A DNA stretch of 64,000 nucleotides from a virus (Duplodnaviria; Caudoviricetes): positions 17,367 to 81,366 of IMG/VR virus record IMGVR_UViG_3300027769_000026; one strand, given 5' to 3'. The notes below the pieces were generated by a model. It was not told the origin of the DNA, did not search any database, and worked only from the letters and a program-made list of their open reading frames with translations. The position numbers were made by a program, and so were the translations under genes. Of the stretch, positions 42,267-53,210 are shown in pieces (the first letter of the stretch is position 1; every line of letters begins with the position of its first letter).

Positions 42267-45200
42267 ATGGCTAGCAAAAACAAAAAGACAACAACGTCTT
42301 ATCAAACTTATCCTGGCAACAAGCCAGCGGCATTTGTACCTACGTCTAGCCTACTGCCAGGTGTACACAGGACCACACGCAACAACAAATACATTGATGC
42401 GTTATTGGGAGAGTTAACCAGCAAAGGCACATTGGAATCATTTGATGGTTATATCGGTAGTGCCAATGGAAAACTGCGTCGTAAGCAAGACATTTATCTA
42501 GCCAACGACAATCGTTATTGCATGGGTGTCAGTGCAGATTCATTGGTTGGCGATATAGTTGACATTCGAGAAGAGCTAACTGTTCGTGAAAATATTCCAT
42601 TAAAGGATGCAAAACAACTCACAGGAAAATCCTATGGATTTGATCCGCATATTGATCCTGACAAATTTATAAACTACCAGAATTACTACTGGCTTCCTTT
42701 TGATCTTCCAACCATTGCCCTAGAAGCAGGGTTGGATGAAAACGGTGATCCAGCAACAGTAAACATTGGTACAAACATTATTGGTCAAGCATATTATGTG
42801 ACACATACTCAGGCCAATGGCCGCAGATTAACATTGCGCAATGGCATGAAGGTGTATTTCATACAACGCGAACTTGGAGTATGGGAAGAATCAGATTCTT
42901 ATCTGACCATTCCATCAGACAGCCTGGATCCAAAGTACTATATTGTATCAGGTGTTGGGTCTTCTATTAGATTTTTGCCTTTTGACTTGTATGCAAATCC
43001 TTTGAGTTTGATTTCTGTCTTGGCACCATTGCCATGGGATAACAAGAACTGGGATCGTAATCGCTGGGACACAGACGTACTGACCCCAGGCGGTAAGCAG
43101 TATGTGACTATTGCATCAGGTAGTTCTAACTACAATGTATGGAGCCGTACAAATCGTTGGACACATGAACAAACTGCCCTTGAAACTGCGCGATTCCTGG
43201 ACATTGCTGATGGCGACATATTAAAAATTGAAGATCGAGCCGCAAGACCCATTATTGAATTTTATTCAAATATAGACTTGTGGAATCACGGAAATCTTGG
43301 AAAAAATCACGTTACTTTGTTGACCAATAGCGTGAGCTCGCTGAATGATATCAACGGAATTGTGAATCCGGTTATCGATGACGTTTCATTGCCCGAAGGT
43401 GCAAGAATAATATTTGTTGGCGGCGACCCGGCAATTAAAAACAAGACATTTGTTGCAACAGGGGTTGATGTTGGTGTTGTATTTGTGCCAGCGTCAGATT
43501 CTAATCCAACAGCAGGTCAATCAGTGCTGATATTAGATGGCCCACACCTTGGACAGACCTACTGGTACAATGGCACAGACTGGATCAAGGCACAACAGCT
43601 TTCAGCAAGAGGTCAGGCACCGCTGTTTAGGTTGTTTGACGGCGAAGGCATACCAATTGAAAATTACGATGTTGCCGCATTTAGTGGTAGTCAAATTTTT
43701 GGTTATAGTTCTGGGCCAACATATGACAGAGAATTAAATCTTTCGATTGCATATGACAGCAGTTATAAAAATAGCCTAAGCACCAATATTGGTGCAATTT
43801 CTTTCACCAATTACATTTCTACAACATATCAGCGATCAGATGGTATCACTGTCAACCAGTTGAAAGATATTACATCTTTCAACTACTTTAGAGAATGGAA
43901 CATTGACAATGTTCTGGTCAATCCAATATGGACATACAGTTCAGGCTGGAAACCAATCAGCGAATGTTTTTCAGTCAAAAAAGAATATTCGTTTAACGTA
44001 CAACAAGATGGAGATTTTTCTCTAGTAGGTTCGCAGTGGGTGCATGATCCTTCCTATGCGTGGAATATATCAATGCCTCCTATACAGGGCCTGGACGAAC
44101 ACAAGGACTTTTTGATTGAAGAAGTTTCTTCTGCTATGCCAGCAAGAGAATGGCACGATTCGCTGATTTTTTCCAAGATCAAAGACGGAAAGATCTACAA
44201 TTATACTGGCCGTAGATTGCAAATTGCAAACCAAAGAGGCATAGTATTCATTGACACATTTGATGTTGAAGTTGATCTTCCAGCCAGTTTGTTTGATGTC
44301 AAAACAACATATTTGCCAACAGACTGCCGTCCAGGAGATTACATCATTAAATGGAAAATAGGTGAACAAAATTGGACTGTGGCCAAGGTCATTGGCCGTC
44401 GACGCGATGACATACGCCGCCCTTCTGTTTTGGTTAACGGACAACTCAAAGATACCAGCGAATGGAGAATCATCTACGCCGGAGGCCCAGATGAATATAC
44501 CACACCTGTGTTAGGACTACGAGTGTTGGGACTAAAAGACAAAGATACAGTTGATATTGTGGTCAACGGAAGCATGATAACTTCTGTTAACAGAAATGCA
44601 GATATTTCAAATCTAAGCAATAACCCCTACAATGAAATTGTTTCACGCGGAGCATACGGACAATTCTTTGATCACTTTCGTTCTGCGATAGCTAAGAATA
44701 TCATGCCTCGTTTTCTTGATGACACATATCATCAAGGTACGCAACATCCTAGATTTGATCAAGTTGAAGGATATAATAGTTCATTTGGTGACAACGACTG
44801 GGCGTTTACTATGCCTACAAGATCGCCAGGCAACAACATACTGTTACACGACTCTCCTGCCAATAGGTACTTCTGGACCATGCGCTCAGCCGAAACTGGC
44901 TCAGTATTTCCGCTCATGGAAGATGCACGTAAAGCCTACAGCAACTTCAAATTGAAATTCCTGCAGAAAATTGAAAGACTGTATCTAGATCAGGACATTT
45001 CAGACGTACAGGCTGCGGTTGATAAAGCACTTTCAGATATATTTGTTGGTCGTAACGAATCGTTTAGATACGCACACAGCCATATGGTCATGTGGGGCAC
45101 GCCAGACGCAGAAAAAATCTACACCTTTGCGGATTCAACTGCGCAGTTAGAGATTGACGGCGACGATGCTGATCCAACTTTTACTGAAACCATTGACGGC

Positions 45201-48200
45201 GAAGACGCAGACCCTACACCGCCAGTTATTTTACTCGATGGTGGATTAGCTGCCTCTTTTGTTGATTATGAATGTGAAATTCCAAGCATCGCAGAACTTG
45301 GGGAAATATCAACGGATCATGTGTATGTGTACTACAAGAATTATAATGACACCGCTTGGCGCATACTGACATACACAAAAGATTATGACATTGATCAAAC
45401 AGCAAGGACTGTGCATATTTCTGCTGAGTTTGATACTCCATGCCAGTTTAAGATTTGTGTATTCAAGAAAACACGTGTAAGTTATGTTCCACCCACACCA
45501 GCCAAACTAGGCATCACACCTTGGTATCATCCGGAGTACTATACAGATACAACATACCAGGGTGCAGACGTATTGTTCATACAAGGTCATGACGGCAGTT
45601 TGACGCCTGCTTGGGGAGACTTCCGCGATGACATGTTGTTGGAATTTGAACGCCGAGTTGCCAGCAGTATTGGCAAAGATCGAGGCAATCGTGCTGAACT
45701 GTTGTTTACAAAACACTGGCCAAGAAAGATGCGACAGACTTGGTATAATCGTGTTGAACTTAACAATTATCTTGAGGATGCATGGCTAACATGGTCCAAT
45801 GAAAACAACATTGTTGAAACACCCAATTTGAGCCATGTTATCAATCGCCCGCTAACATACAACTATTCTGCATTTGAAGCGGCAGACGGCAACACTTATG
45901 GCAGCTGGAGAGACATATACCGACATGTGTATGGTACCGATCGTCCAGATACGCACCCTTGGGAAATGCTTGGCTTTGCTCGCAAACCTTCCAACTGGGA
46001 TTCTATGTACAGCTGGACTGACCTTGTAAAACGTAACAATTTGATACAAGCACTCACCATTGGCAACAGAAGCAACGAGCCATTTCCGGCTGTGGATACC
46101 AGTAGTTTTATCAAACATGATGTTGAATATTTGTCTGGACCAGATGCACCATTCTTGCCTGTGGACGAAAGCGGCCTTCTTCGTAATCCACTGACGGCAG
46201 GTTGGTACGATGCCACTACTGTAAACGCCAGTGAAGATACGATCAATGACTGGACATTTGGTAACATTGGTACACAAGAACTAGCATGGCGTAGAAGCAG
46301 TGAGTTTGTGTTCTCTTGTGCAAACTGGCTATTATTGGCCGGTGGCCCAGAGTATTTAGAATCAGTTTGGGAAGGACCTAAATTGGTTGTCAGCTCATTG
46401 GACAATGCTATCAATGTTGACAGAACAAAACTAAAAATAGTTCCTTGGGCCACGGCAAATCAACACAGAGAAACCGGATCAGATGTTGTGCCGGGGTATG
46501 GTATGTTGATCAATGAACTGGCAGCCAGCTTGAGTCCACAAAAATTAGCAGATGTTATCAATGAAACACGCAACATCAAAACTAGATTGCAATGGACTGC
46601 CAACGGTTTCCTAGAATCCAACAGCTTGGATTTTGTGGCTGATATTTTGATCGAACAAGAAAAAGGCAATCGAATTCCACAAGAAGACTATGCTATAAGT
46701 TTGAAAACAACAAGTCCAAGTCTTGTTCTAACTTACAGCGGCGTCAAGGTAATTGTTGACAGCACTGGCGGGTACAAAATACAAGGGTTTGATAACATAT
46801 CGACATTTTTCCCTTACTACTCGGTAAAAATTGCCGGCCCAAGCATACCAGTTGAAGTGGGCTCCATTACCTACAAAAAGTATACCACGTTTGAAACCAC
46901 GATATCATATCTTGATTATGGCACTGTTTTAATGACACGACAAGAAGTCATCAACTTCTTGTTAGGCTACGGTCGATATCTGGAATCTCAAGGCTGGAAG
47001 TTTGAAGACACTGCTCCTACACAGGACGACATCTTGGATTGGAGTTACAGTGCACGTGAGTTTGTTACCTGGAGCCAGACACGCTGGCAGGAAAACACCC
47101 AGATTTCGCTAAGTCCAGCCGCGCAAAATCTTGTGCTGTCGCATGACACACGATTCTTTGGTCGACTGGATACGACGTTTTTAAGTAGAACATATTTGTT
47201 GGACGACAACGGCCGCCGTATTGACTTCAAGGATACCGAAGTAGTTAGAGAACAAGAGCAAACAACCATCAAGAGTCGTCCAGGTATTGGCATATACTTT
47301 GTACGTTGCGGTCTTGAAGAATATACACATACCGTTGTGTTCAAGGACGTGACAATATTCAATGATCAGATCAATGATTACTTGTTTGGTCTCTCTATAA
47401 GACGCCTACGTGCACAAGGCAAGCGCACAAGTAACTGGGATGGCCGTCCATTGGGATTTGGTTATCTGGTGCGCGAATCAACTGTTGAACAAAACCTAGA
47501 TACCATATCTAGAGAACTCGGCGACGATTATATCACCATTGAAAACCGCAGTTCAAATCCTTGGATACGTAACCTTAAGAAAAATCAGTTGGGTATATCA
47601 AGACCCGATGATACATTGTTGGCAGCTGGTTTTAGCAAAGATACTGCGGATCAGTTCCAAGCAGGTAGTTTGCGTAGAAAAGGCACATCCAACATCATTG
47701 AGAAGTTTACCAAAGGAGTACTGGGCGATCAAACAAGTTCCGATCTTGCAGTGGCACCAGGCATCACAGTTAGAGAAAACTGGATGTTCCGCATGGGCGA
47801 GGACATTGGCAATGTTGGAACCAAGTCTGTTTGGGAAATAAAAATACCGTCAGAAACCAGAGAAACATTGTTGGATCAAGTGACCTTGCGAGTGATTCCT
47901 CCCTTTGTTGAAAACACCTACTATGAAGGAACCACAGACAGGGCCGCCGACAACATTATCGACCTGCTGGGTCCAAAGGATCAACGCTGGGTAAAATATC
48001 CAAGAAATTTTGAGTTACCGCTGAGAACCAAGTCAGTACAGGTAACAGATTTGCCACAGGCAGGCATCGCTGATCGAATTGAAACCGACTACAAGTTCAT
48101 GGATATTGAGCAGTTGTATGACATAGACATAGCAGATGACATACTAGGGGAGATGTCAGCAGTCAACACATGGTCAACAAAGTTGCCGTACGACGAAGGT

Positions 48201-51200
48201 GATCTTGTTAGATACAAGGGTCAGCTCTACCGCGCAAATTATTCACAGTTGGCACAGAGTCTGTTCGACCCCGACGCATGGACTGCCATCGAAGAACTGC
48301 GTCTTCCTAGCATTTGGCTGGCAAACAAAACTCCAGAGTCCAATGATGTAAGAGATTGGACTGTGTTGCAAACCATGGACAGGGGACTAGCCATAAGAGA
48401 GTTGTGTGCTGGTACATTTGAAGATCCTTATCATCCTTTGGTTGAAATGGAAACAGGTGTCAAACACAATGTTTCTGTCAACGATTGGGTGTTGATATTG
48501 AGCACAGAAAGATCAGGACTCAATGGGTACTACAAAGTATCTTCTATTAGAGATACAGAATCTTTCTTTATTGAACTAAAATTCAACCCATTTGATTTTG
48601 TTGTTCCAGAATTTCCACCTGGCAACACTTCAGCAGGCGGAAAATTGTTTGTTGTCAAACATACACATTTCTACACCGTAGAAGAAATGAATGCCAGCAT
48701 ACTTGATTCCTCGTATGAGTGGAACAATGGCATGATGGCCTATGTTGACGATCGTATCAATCAACCGCTGGTATATTCCTATAGAGGAAACTATTCATTG
48801 TTTAGGAACAATGGATTTTATGACAATCGCGGATTGGCATTTTATGATCTGCAGGATGACAATTTCTTGCATCAATGGGAAGCCAACAACGAAGAAAACA
48901 TGCCGTGGCTGTTTGCAATAGGAGTGTTGCTGGCCGCAATTAAACAATTGGATGCTGGTACATTGGAATTAACCGATCCCTGTGCTGTTAGTTTAGCGGC
49001 ACTAGGAGCACCAGGGCCCAATGTGTTGCCCAACACAGTGGCATCAATCACAGTGCAAGATGCATTGAATGGAATTATTTTCAGACAGTTCAATGATTGT
49101 GCATGGGTACTGGCTGAAAAAATGTACACATCAGTCACTGCCGCTGCTGCTGCCATCAACACTATTTTTGTTGAGGATTGCATAGCATTTGTTGCCGCAG
49201 TCGAACCAACCACATTGGGATCTGGTACCACGACGGATTTGGCCAGGATAGCAAAAACTATTTGGTCCTACGTTGACTATCAGTATTTGTTTGCACAACA
49301 GATTTGGTTCTTCCGGGGCAGGATATATGCTAATAACAACGTGTTGATAGACTACAACGGCGCTGGACTAATAGCATTACAAAACCCAGTTGAAGATTCC
49401 AATGGTGACTTCCTGCTTGATGAATTTCACATGATTGGAATTAAATCTTACGCTTCTAGAGAATTGATGATGGTGTCAATGGGATATTCATCAAGAACAA
49501 AGAGAGATTCAGACGCTATTGCATTGTTGGATACTGTGGAATCATTTGGTAGCGGATCAGGAACATTTAATCAAATTCCCTTCGTGTTTGATCGAGCACT
49601 GGGCGACATTGTTGACCACAGCAGAATCACCAAGGTTGAAATTGTTGACTACGAAAACAACCGTGTACTGGCCACGTTAAATCCATATGATCCAGCCGCT
49701 GGCATATTGCCAGCCTATGTTGAATCTTTTATTGATTGGAAACAACATGACGATCCTGCTAGTTATACTGCATCAGACCTTGACGATCAAGAAGGATACA
49801 GTGTGCGCCCAAGATTTGCATGGTTTGATGAGCATCAAGGACAAGTATGGTGGGATCTAAGTGCAGTACGCTACTATGACTACTACCAAGGCAGTGTGAG
49901 AGAAAAAGCATTTCAATGGGGCAAACAGTTCCCCGGTAGCACAGTACAAATCTATGAATGGGTCAAGAGTGTGGTTCCGCCGGTGCAGTGGGTTGAATCA
50001 GCACGTACAGGTTTCTTGGTTGATTTTGAATCAGTGACTGGAACTCCTTATAATAAAATAGTAAACGGAGAACCTAAATATTTCTGGAGTGAGCGAGAAG
50101 AAAAAGACAAGAATGGTGTAATACGCACATTCTACTATTTCTGGGTGGCTGGCATGGATCGTACATACAGCTCAAAAACAAGCATCCAGTCAGTGTCGTC
50201 TAAGTCACCAGGAAGTTCGTCGGCACAGGTATACACTCGCGCCACTGCTGGCATTCCGTCAACAGTAAACAAATTTAATGTGACACAGATTGCATCAGTT
50301 GTTGGCAATCCCAGAGTCAGCGGAGCCATGTGGTTTGCTGGATTGCAAAAAAATGCAATATTGTTAAGTGGTGTTGGTAAACTGCTTGGACAAAAGGGAG
50401 CAGTACTGCGAATCGAAGTGGACAACGACACAGATGCGCACGACCAATGGCTGTTGATGAAAGAAAATGACATTACATCAACTGTGTCTGATTGGTTGCA
50501 TATCAGAATGAGAGACAGTATCATTGGGTCAGACCAAACAGAAACAATATACAGTGTTAGCGAATACCAAGAAGGTGTAGCCTACGCACGTGGATCTGTG
50601 GTGAGAAAAAACAACAACTACTATCGTGCATTTAGAGATTTCCTAGGCACAGATGTTGCATTTGGTGACAGTAGTCCTGTTTCTTTTGTGTCGCAGCCAT
50701 GGCAACGAATTTGGGATTTCCGCCAAATTGAAGTCAACAAGATAAGCGAAATACAAGGAAAGAGTGTTCCGGATTACAATCGTCACAAGTATGATCGCTA
50801 TGGCAATGAAATACGGCCAACACAGCAAAGCTGGTTGAATGATCGCATTGAAGCCATTCGTATATTTGTAAATGCAGCCAATAGAGAGTTAGCCAAAGTC
50901 AATGTGACCTCTATCATTGGATGGGATGATCGATTGAATAAAATTATTCCCACAAACGATCCCACTTTCTCATATGATGTTTCTCTCTACTGGGACTATG
51001 TGGACTTTGTTGATTCGACATTTGATCCGGCTCGTGTTCCTGTGGCAACTCTTACATCTGGAACCGAACTCTACAACTATGTTGCTTCACCAGGTGACTA
51101 TGTAAAAGTACTAACAGGCGATGAAGAAATTGTCAACATCTGGGAAAAGATTGCCGACGGATGGAATATAGTATTTCAGCAAAACGGAACAATACAGCTG

Positions 51201-52490
51201 AGTAAGAGGCTGTTTGATTTGGCCAAGCAACAGGATCTCTGGGACGCTGTTCCTTGGGATAGCCTGCGTTGGGATCAGTACCCATTTGTAGAACTTTTTG
51301 AGATCATTACAGCTCTTAGAGAAGATGTGTTTGTTGATTCTTTCCAGGTGCATTACAATGTTGTGTTCTTTGCGCTGGTCAAAGAAGTGTTGAGACAAAA
51401 TCCAACATGCCATTGGATCAGAAAGTCCAGCTATATCGATGTTGAGCGTGTCAGTATTGATGCATTGAGTGCAACTCCATACTTCCGCAAAGAATATCTG
51501 CGCAATGATGACGGTGTATTAACTGACTTCATCAACGAGGTTAAACCATATCATACAAAGATATTGAACCAAACTGAAGTGGATCAGATCAAAGACAATG
51601 CAAATATAACATTTGAAGATCTGCACACAGGAAAAATTGTCATGCGTTATGGTCGTCACGGTGATCAAACATGGCAGGGGTATTATATTGATGGCCATCC
51701 ATTTAATCACCTACAAGAGGGATGGGATCGCAATCCTTGGGAATTTGATTTCACCGTTGAAGGACTATTGCCTGCTACTGGTGAACGTGTGAGTCGCATG
51801 AAGCAGTATTTGTGGGACATGGAGCAGCCAGGATACGAAGCTTTGATAGACACAATTATTGCCGGACATAGTTTTGGTGTACAACCTGAAGCACTACAGG
51901 CAATCGTGGATGGCAATGCTTTCTATCAACCCGAATGGGATCGTTGGCCAGAAGAAATGGTAGCACTGAGCCCAGGCGAAAGCATAGAAATACGTGTGAT
52001 CAACAATGCCAGTGGCAGGATCGTAAACAGCAACACAGTGGCATGGAGATATCATATGGATATCTTAGGCGGAACCACAGTTTACAGATACAACAGCGCA
52101 GCCGAAACAACGGTGGCAGCATCAGTGGATGAAACTGCCACAGAAATACAGCTAGCAGATGCTTCTGTGCTAACACGCCCAGATCCAGTTAATGGCAAGC
52201 CAGGAGTTGTGTGGATGGCCAGAGAACGCATTGAATTCTGGGAAATTGATGGAAACACCATCAAGCGTCTGGTGCGTGGCACACTCGGTACACCGGTACT
52301 AGCACAGACGGTGGGACGTAAAGCATATGATGGTGGACAGCAAAATCAAGTGCCAACTCCGAGTGAGCTAAAAAACTGGCATGATGTGCTGTATCCACAG
52401 TGGAACGAAGAAACCCTGACTTTGTTGAATAGCACCACAAGAGAAGCTCTGTTTTTGAAAGCAGGCCGTGGCTATTTTGTTCCAGCATAA
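42267..52490 (+). CDS. Giant (3407 aa) baseplate wedge / virion structural protein (gp7-position)
   Basis: Uninterrupted ORF after gp6; KF.NY.NYYWLP near the N-terminus, FINEVKPYHTKI near the C-terminus, W-D rich motifs, CBM-like inserts. Confidence 0.8.
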   Translation: MASKNKKTTTSYQTYPGNKPAAFVPTSSLLPGVHRTTRNNKYIDALLGELTSKGTLESFDGYIGSANGKLRRKQDIYLANDNRYCMGVSADSLVGDIVDIREELTVRENIPLKDAKQLTGKSYGFDPHIDPDKFINYQNYYWLPFDLPTIALEAGLDENGDPATVNIGTNIIGQAYYVTHTQANGRRLTLRNGMKVYFIQRELGVWEESDSYLTIPSDSLDPKYYIVSGVGSSIRFLPFDLYANPLSLISVLAPLPWDNKNWDRNRWDTDVLTPGGKQYVTIASGSSNYNVWSRTNRWTHEQTALETARFLDIADGDILKIEDRAARPIIEFYSNIDLWNHGNLGKNHVTLLTNSVSSLNDINGIVNPVIDDVSLPEGARIIFVGGDPAIKNKTFVATGVDVGVVFVPASDSNPTAGQSVLILDGPHLGQTYWYNGTDWIKAQQLSARGQAPLFRLFDGEGIPIENYDVAAFSGSQIFGYSSGPTYDRELNLSIAYDSSYKNSLSTNIGAISFTNYISTTYQRSDGITVNQLKDITSFNYFREWNIDNVLVNPIWTYSSGWKPISECFSVKKEYSFNVQQDGDFSLVGSQWVHDPSYAWNISMPPIQGLDEHKDFLIEEVSSAMPAREWHDSLIFSKIKDGKIYNYTGRRLQIANQRGIVFIDTFDVEVDLPASLFDVKTTYLPTDCRPGDYIIKWKIGEQNWTVAKVIGRRRDDIRRPSVLVNGQLKDTSEWRIIYAGGPDEYTTPVLGLRVLGLKDKDTVDIVVNGSMITSVNRNADISNLSNNPYNEIVSRGAYGQFFDHFRSAIAKNIMPRFLDDTYHQGTQHPRFDQVEGYNSSFGDNDWAFTMPTRSPGNNILLHDSPANRYFWTMRSAETGSVFPLMEDARKAYSNFKLKFLQKIERLYLDQDISDVQAAVDKALSDIFVGRNESFRYAHSHMVMWGTPDAEKIYTFADSTAQLEIDGDDADPTFTETIDGEDADPTPPVILLDGGLAASFVDYECEIPSIAELGEISTDHVYVYYKNYNDTAWRILTYTKDYDIDQTARTVHISAEFDTPCQFKICVFKKTRVSYVPPTPAKLGITPWYHPEYYTDTTYQGADVLFIQGHDGSLTPAWGDFRDDMLLEFERRVASSIGKDRGNRAELLFTKHWPRKMRQTWYNRVELNNYLEDAWLTWSNENNIVETPNLSHVINRPLTYNYSAFEAADGNTYGSWRDIYRHVYGTDRPDTHPWEMLGFARKPSNWDSMYSWTDLVKRNNLIQALTIGNRSNEPFPAVDTSSFIKHDVEYLSGPDAPFLPVDESGLLRNPLTAGWYDATTVNASEDTINDWTFGNIGTQELAWRRSSEFVFSCANWLLLAGGPEYLESVWEGPKLVVSSLDNAINVDRTKLKIVPWATANQHRETGSDVVPGYGMLINELAASLSPQKLADVINETRNIKTRLQWTANGFLESNSLDFVADILIEQEKGNRIPQEDYAISLKTTSPSLVLTYSGVKVIVDSTGGYKIQGFDNISTFFPYYSVKIAGPSIPVEVGSITYKKYTTFETTISYLDYGTVLMTRQEVINFLLGYGRYLESQGWKFEDTAPTQDDILDWSYSAREFVTWSQTRWQENTQISLSPAAQNLVLSHDTRFFGRLDTTFLSRTYLLDDNGRRIDFKDTEVVREQEQTTIKSRPGIGIYFVRCGLEEYTHTVVFKDVTIFNDQINDYLFGLSIRRLRAQGKRTSNWDGRPLGFGYLVRESTVEQNLDTISRELGDDYITIENRSSNPWIRNLKKNQLGISRPDDTLLAAGFSKDTADQFQAGSLRRKGTSNIIEKFTKGVLGDQTSSDLAVAPGITVRENWMFRMGEDIGNVGTKSVWEIKIPSETRETLLDQVTLRVIPPFVENTYYEGTTDRAADNIIDLLGPKDQRWVKYPRNFELPLRTKSVQVTDLPQAGIADRIETDYKFMDIEQLYDIDIADDILGEMSAVNTWSTKLPYDEGDLVRYKGQLYRANYSQLAQSLFDPDAWTAIEELRLPSIWLANKTPESNDVRDWTVLQTMDRGLAIRELCAGTFEDPYHPLVEMETGVKHNVSVNDWVLILSTERSGLNGYYKVSSIRDTESFFIELKFNPFDFVVPEFPPGNTSAGGKLFVVKHTHFYTVEEMNASILDSSYEWNNGMMAYVDDRINQPLVYSYRGNYSLFRNNGFYDNRGLAFYDLQDDNFLHQWEANNEENMPWLFAIGVLLAAIKQLDAGTLELTDPCAVSLAALGAPGPNVLPNTVASITVQDALNGIIFRQFNDCAWVLAEKMYTSVTAAAAAINTIFVEDCIAFVAAVEPTTLGSGTTTDLARIAKTIWSYVDYQYLFAQQIWFFRGRIYANNNVLIDYNGAGLIALQNPVEDSNGDFLLDEFHMIGIKSYASRELMMVSMGYSSRTKRDSDAIALLDTVESFGSGSGTFNQIPFVFDRALGDIVDHSRITKVEIVDYENNRVLATLNPYDPAAGILPAYVESFIDWKQHDDPASYTASDLDDQEGYSVRPRFAWFDEHQGQVWWDLSAVRYYDYYQGSVREKAFQWGKQFPGSTVQIYEWVKSVVPPVQWVESARTGFLVDFESVTGTPYNKIVNGEPKYFWSEREEKDKNGVIRTFYYFWVAGMDRTYSSKTSIQSVSSKSPGSSSAQVYTRATAGIPSTVNKFNVTQIASVVGNPRVSGAMWFAGLQKNAILLSGVGKLLGQKGAVLRIEVDNDTDAHDQWLLMKENDITSTVSDWLHIRMRDSIIGSDQTETIYSVSEYQEGVAYARGSVVRKNNNYYRAFRDFLGTDVAFGDSSPVSFVSQPWQRIWDFRQIEVNKISEIQGKSVPDYNRHKYDRYGNEIRPTQQSWLNDRIEAIRIFVNAANRELAKVNVTSIIGWDDRLNKIIPTNDPTFSYDVSLYWDYVDFVDSTFDPARVPVATLTSGTELYNYVASPGDYVKVLTGDEEIVNIWEKIADGWNIVFQQNGTIQLSKRLFDLAKQQDLWDAVPWDSLRWDQYPFVELFEIITALREDVFVDSFQVHYNVVFFALVKEVLRQNPTCHWIRKSSYIDVERVSIDALSATPYFRKEYLRNDDGVLTDFINEVKPYHTKILNQTEVDQIKDNANITFEDLHTGKIVMRYGRHGDQTWQGYYIDGHPFNHLQEGWDRNPWEFDFTVEGLLPATGERVSRMKQYLWDMEQPGYEALIDTIIAGHSFGVQPEALQAIVDGNAFYQPEWDRWPEEMVALSPGESIEIRVINNASGRIVNSNTVAWRYHMDILGGTTVYRYNSAAETTVAASVDETATEIQLADASVLTRPDPVNGKPGVVWMARERIEFWEIDGNTIKRLVRGTLGTPVLAQTVGRKAYDGGQQNQVPTPSELKNWHDVLYPQWNEETLTLLNSTTREALFLKAGRGYFVPA

Positions 52491-52544
52491 AAATGATTAA
52501 GTACAACGGTAATCAACACATAAATATGAGATAGAGGATTTAGC

Positions 52545-53183
52545 ATGATAAAAGACACATTAGATGCACTTATTGAAGGTCATATCAAGATCTGGGATCC
52601 AGAATCTGGTGAGATCTTTGTCAACAAGCGCAATGCCGTTAACTTTGAAAACATTTCTATTGCTATCGCTAACCTGCTGGCTGGTAATTTTACGCAGGGT
52701 TTTTACGTAAGTGAAATGCATTTTGGTAACGGCGGAACGGTGATTGACAGTACTGGTGCAGTGAGCTATCGCCCGCCCAACGTAAACGGGCAAGCAGAAC
52801 AGCTCTATAATGCTACATTTTTCAAAGTAGTTGATGAAGATGATTTGATCAACAACACCGATCCTAATCTAAACAAAACCGGCGTAACACATATAAATGG
52901 GCTGAATTACACTGACTTGGTGGTAACCTGCACAATAGACTACGACGAACCAATTGCAGAAGACACTACATTTAATCTAGCCGGTACATCACAAGATGTG
53001 CAAGATACTGCTACAAATATGGAAGGTTCTTTTGTTTTTGACGAACTAGGACTAAAAATAAAAAGCACAACAGGTACACTAGGCTCAGGGCTTTTACTTA
53101 CTCATGTGATTTTTCACCCTGTGCAAAAGAGTGCTAACCGCTTGTTGCAAGTTATATACACCTTGCGTATACGTGCAGGTTGA
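52545..53183 (+). CDS. Conserved baseplate/virion structural protein
   Basis: EGH.KI.D..SGE..V.KRNA..FEN.S; TH.IFHPVQKS.NR..Q..YT.RI; TAAATA box and SD GAGGA. Confidence 0.7.
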   Translation: MIKDTLDALIEGHIKIWDPESGEIFVNKRNAVNFENISIAIANLLAGNFTQGFYVSEMHFGNGGTVIDSTGAVSYRPPNVNGQAEQLYNATFFKVVDEDDLINNTDPNLNKTGVTHINGLNYTDLVVTCTIDYDEPIAEDTTFNLAGTSQDVQDTATNMEGSFVFDELGLKIKSTTGTLGSGLLLTHVIFHPVQKSANRLLQVIYTLRIRAG

Positions 53184-53210
53184 TTAAATAAGAGAACGAG
53201 GAAATAACAT

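Noticed and set aside
42267-52490. Intein or intron explaining the size of the 3407-aa gene
   Set aside because: No C-x-x...HN(C/S/T) splice junction motifs or LAGLIDADG blocks were noticed, and the frame is uninterrupted.
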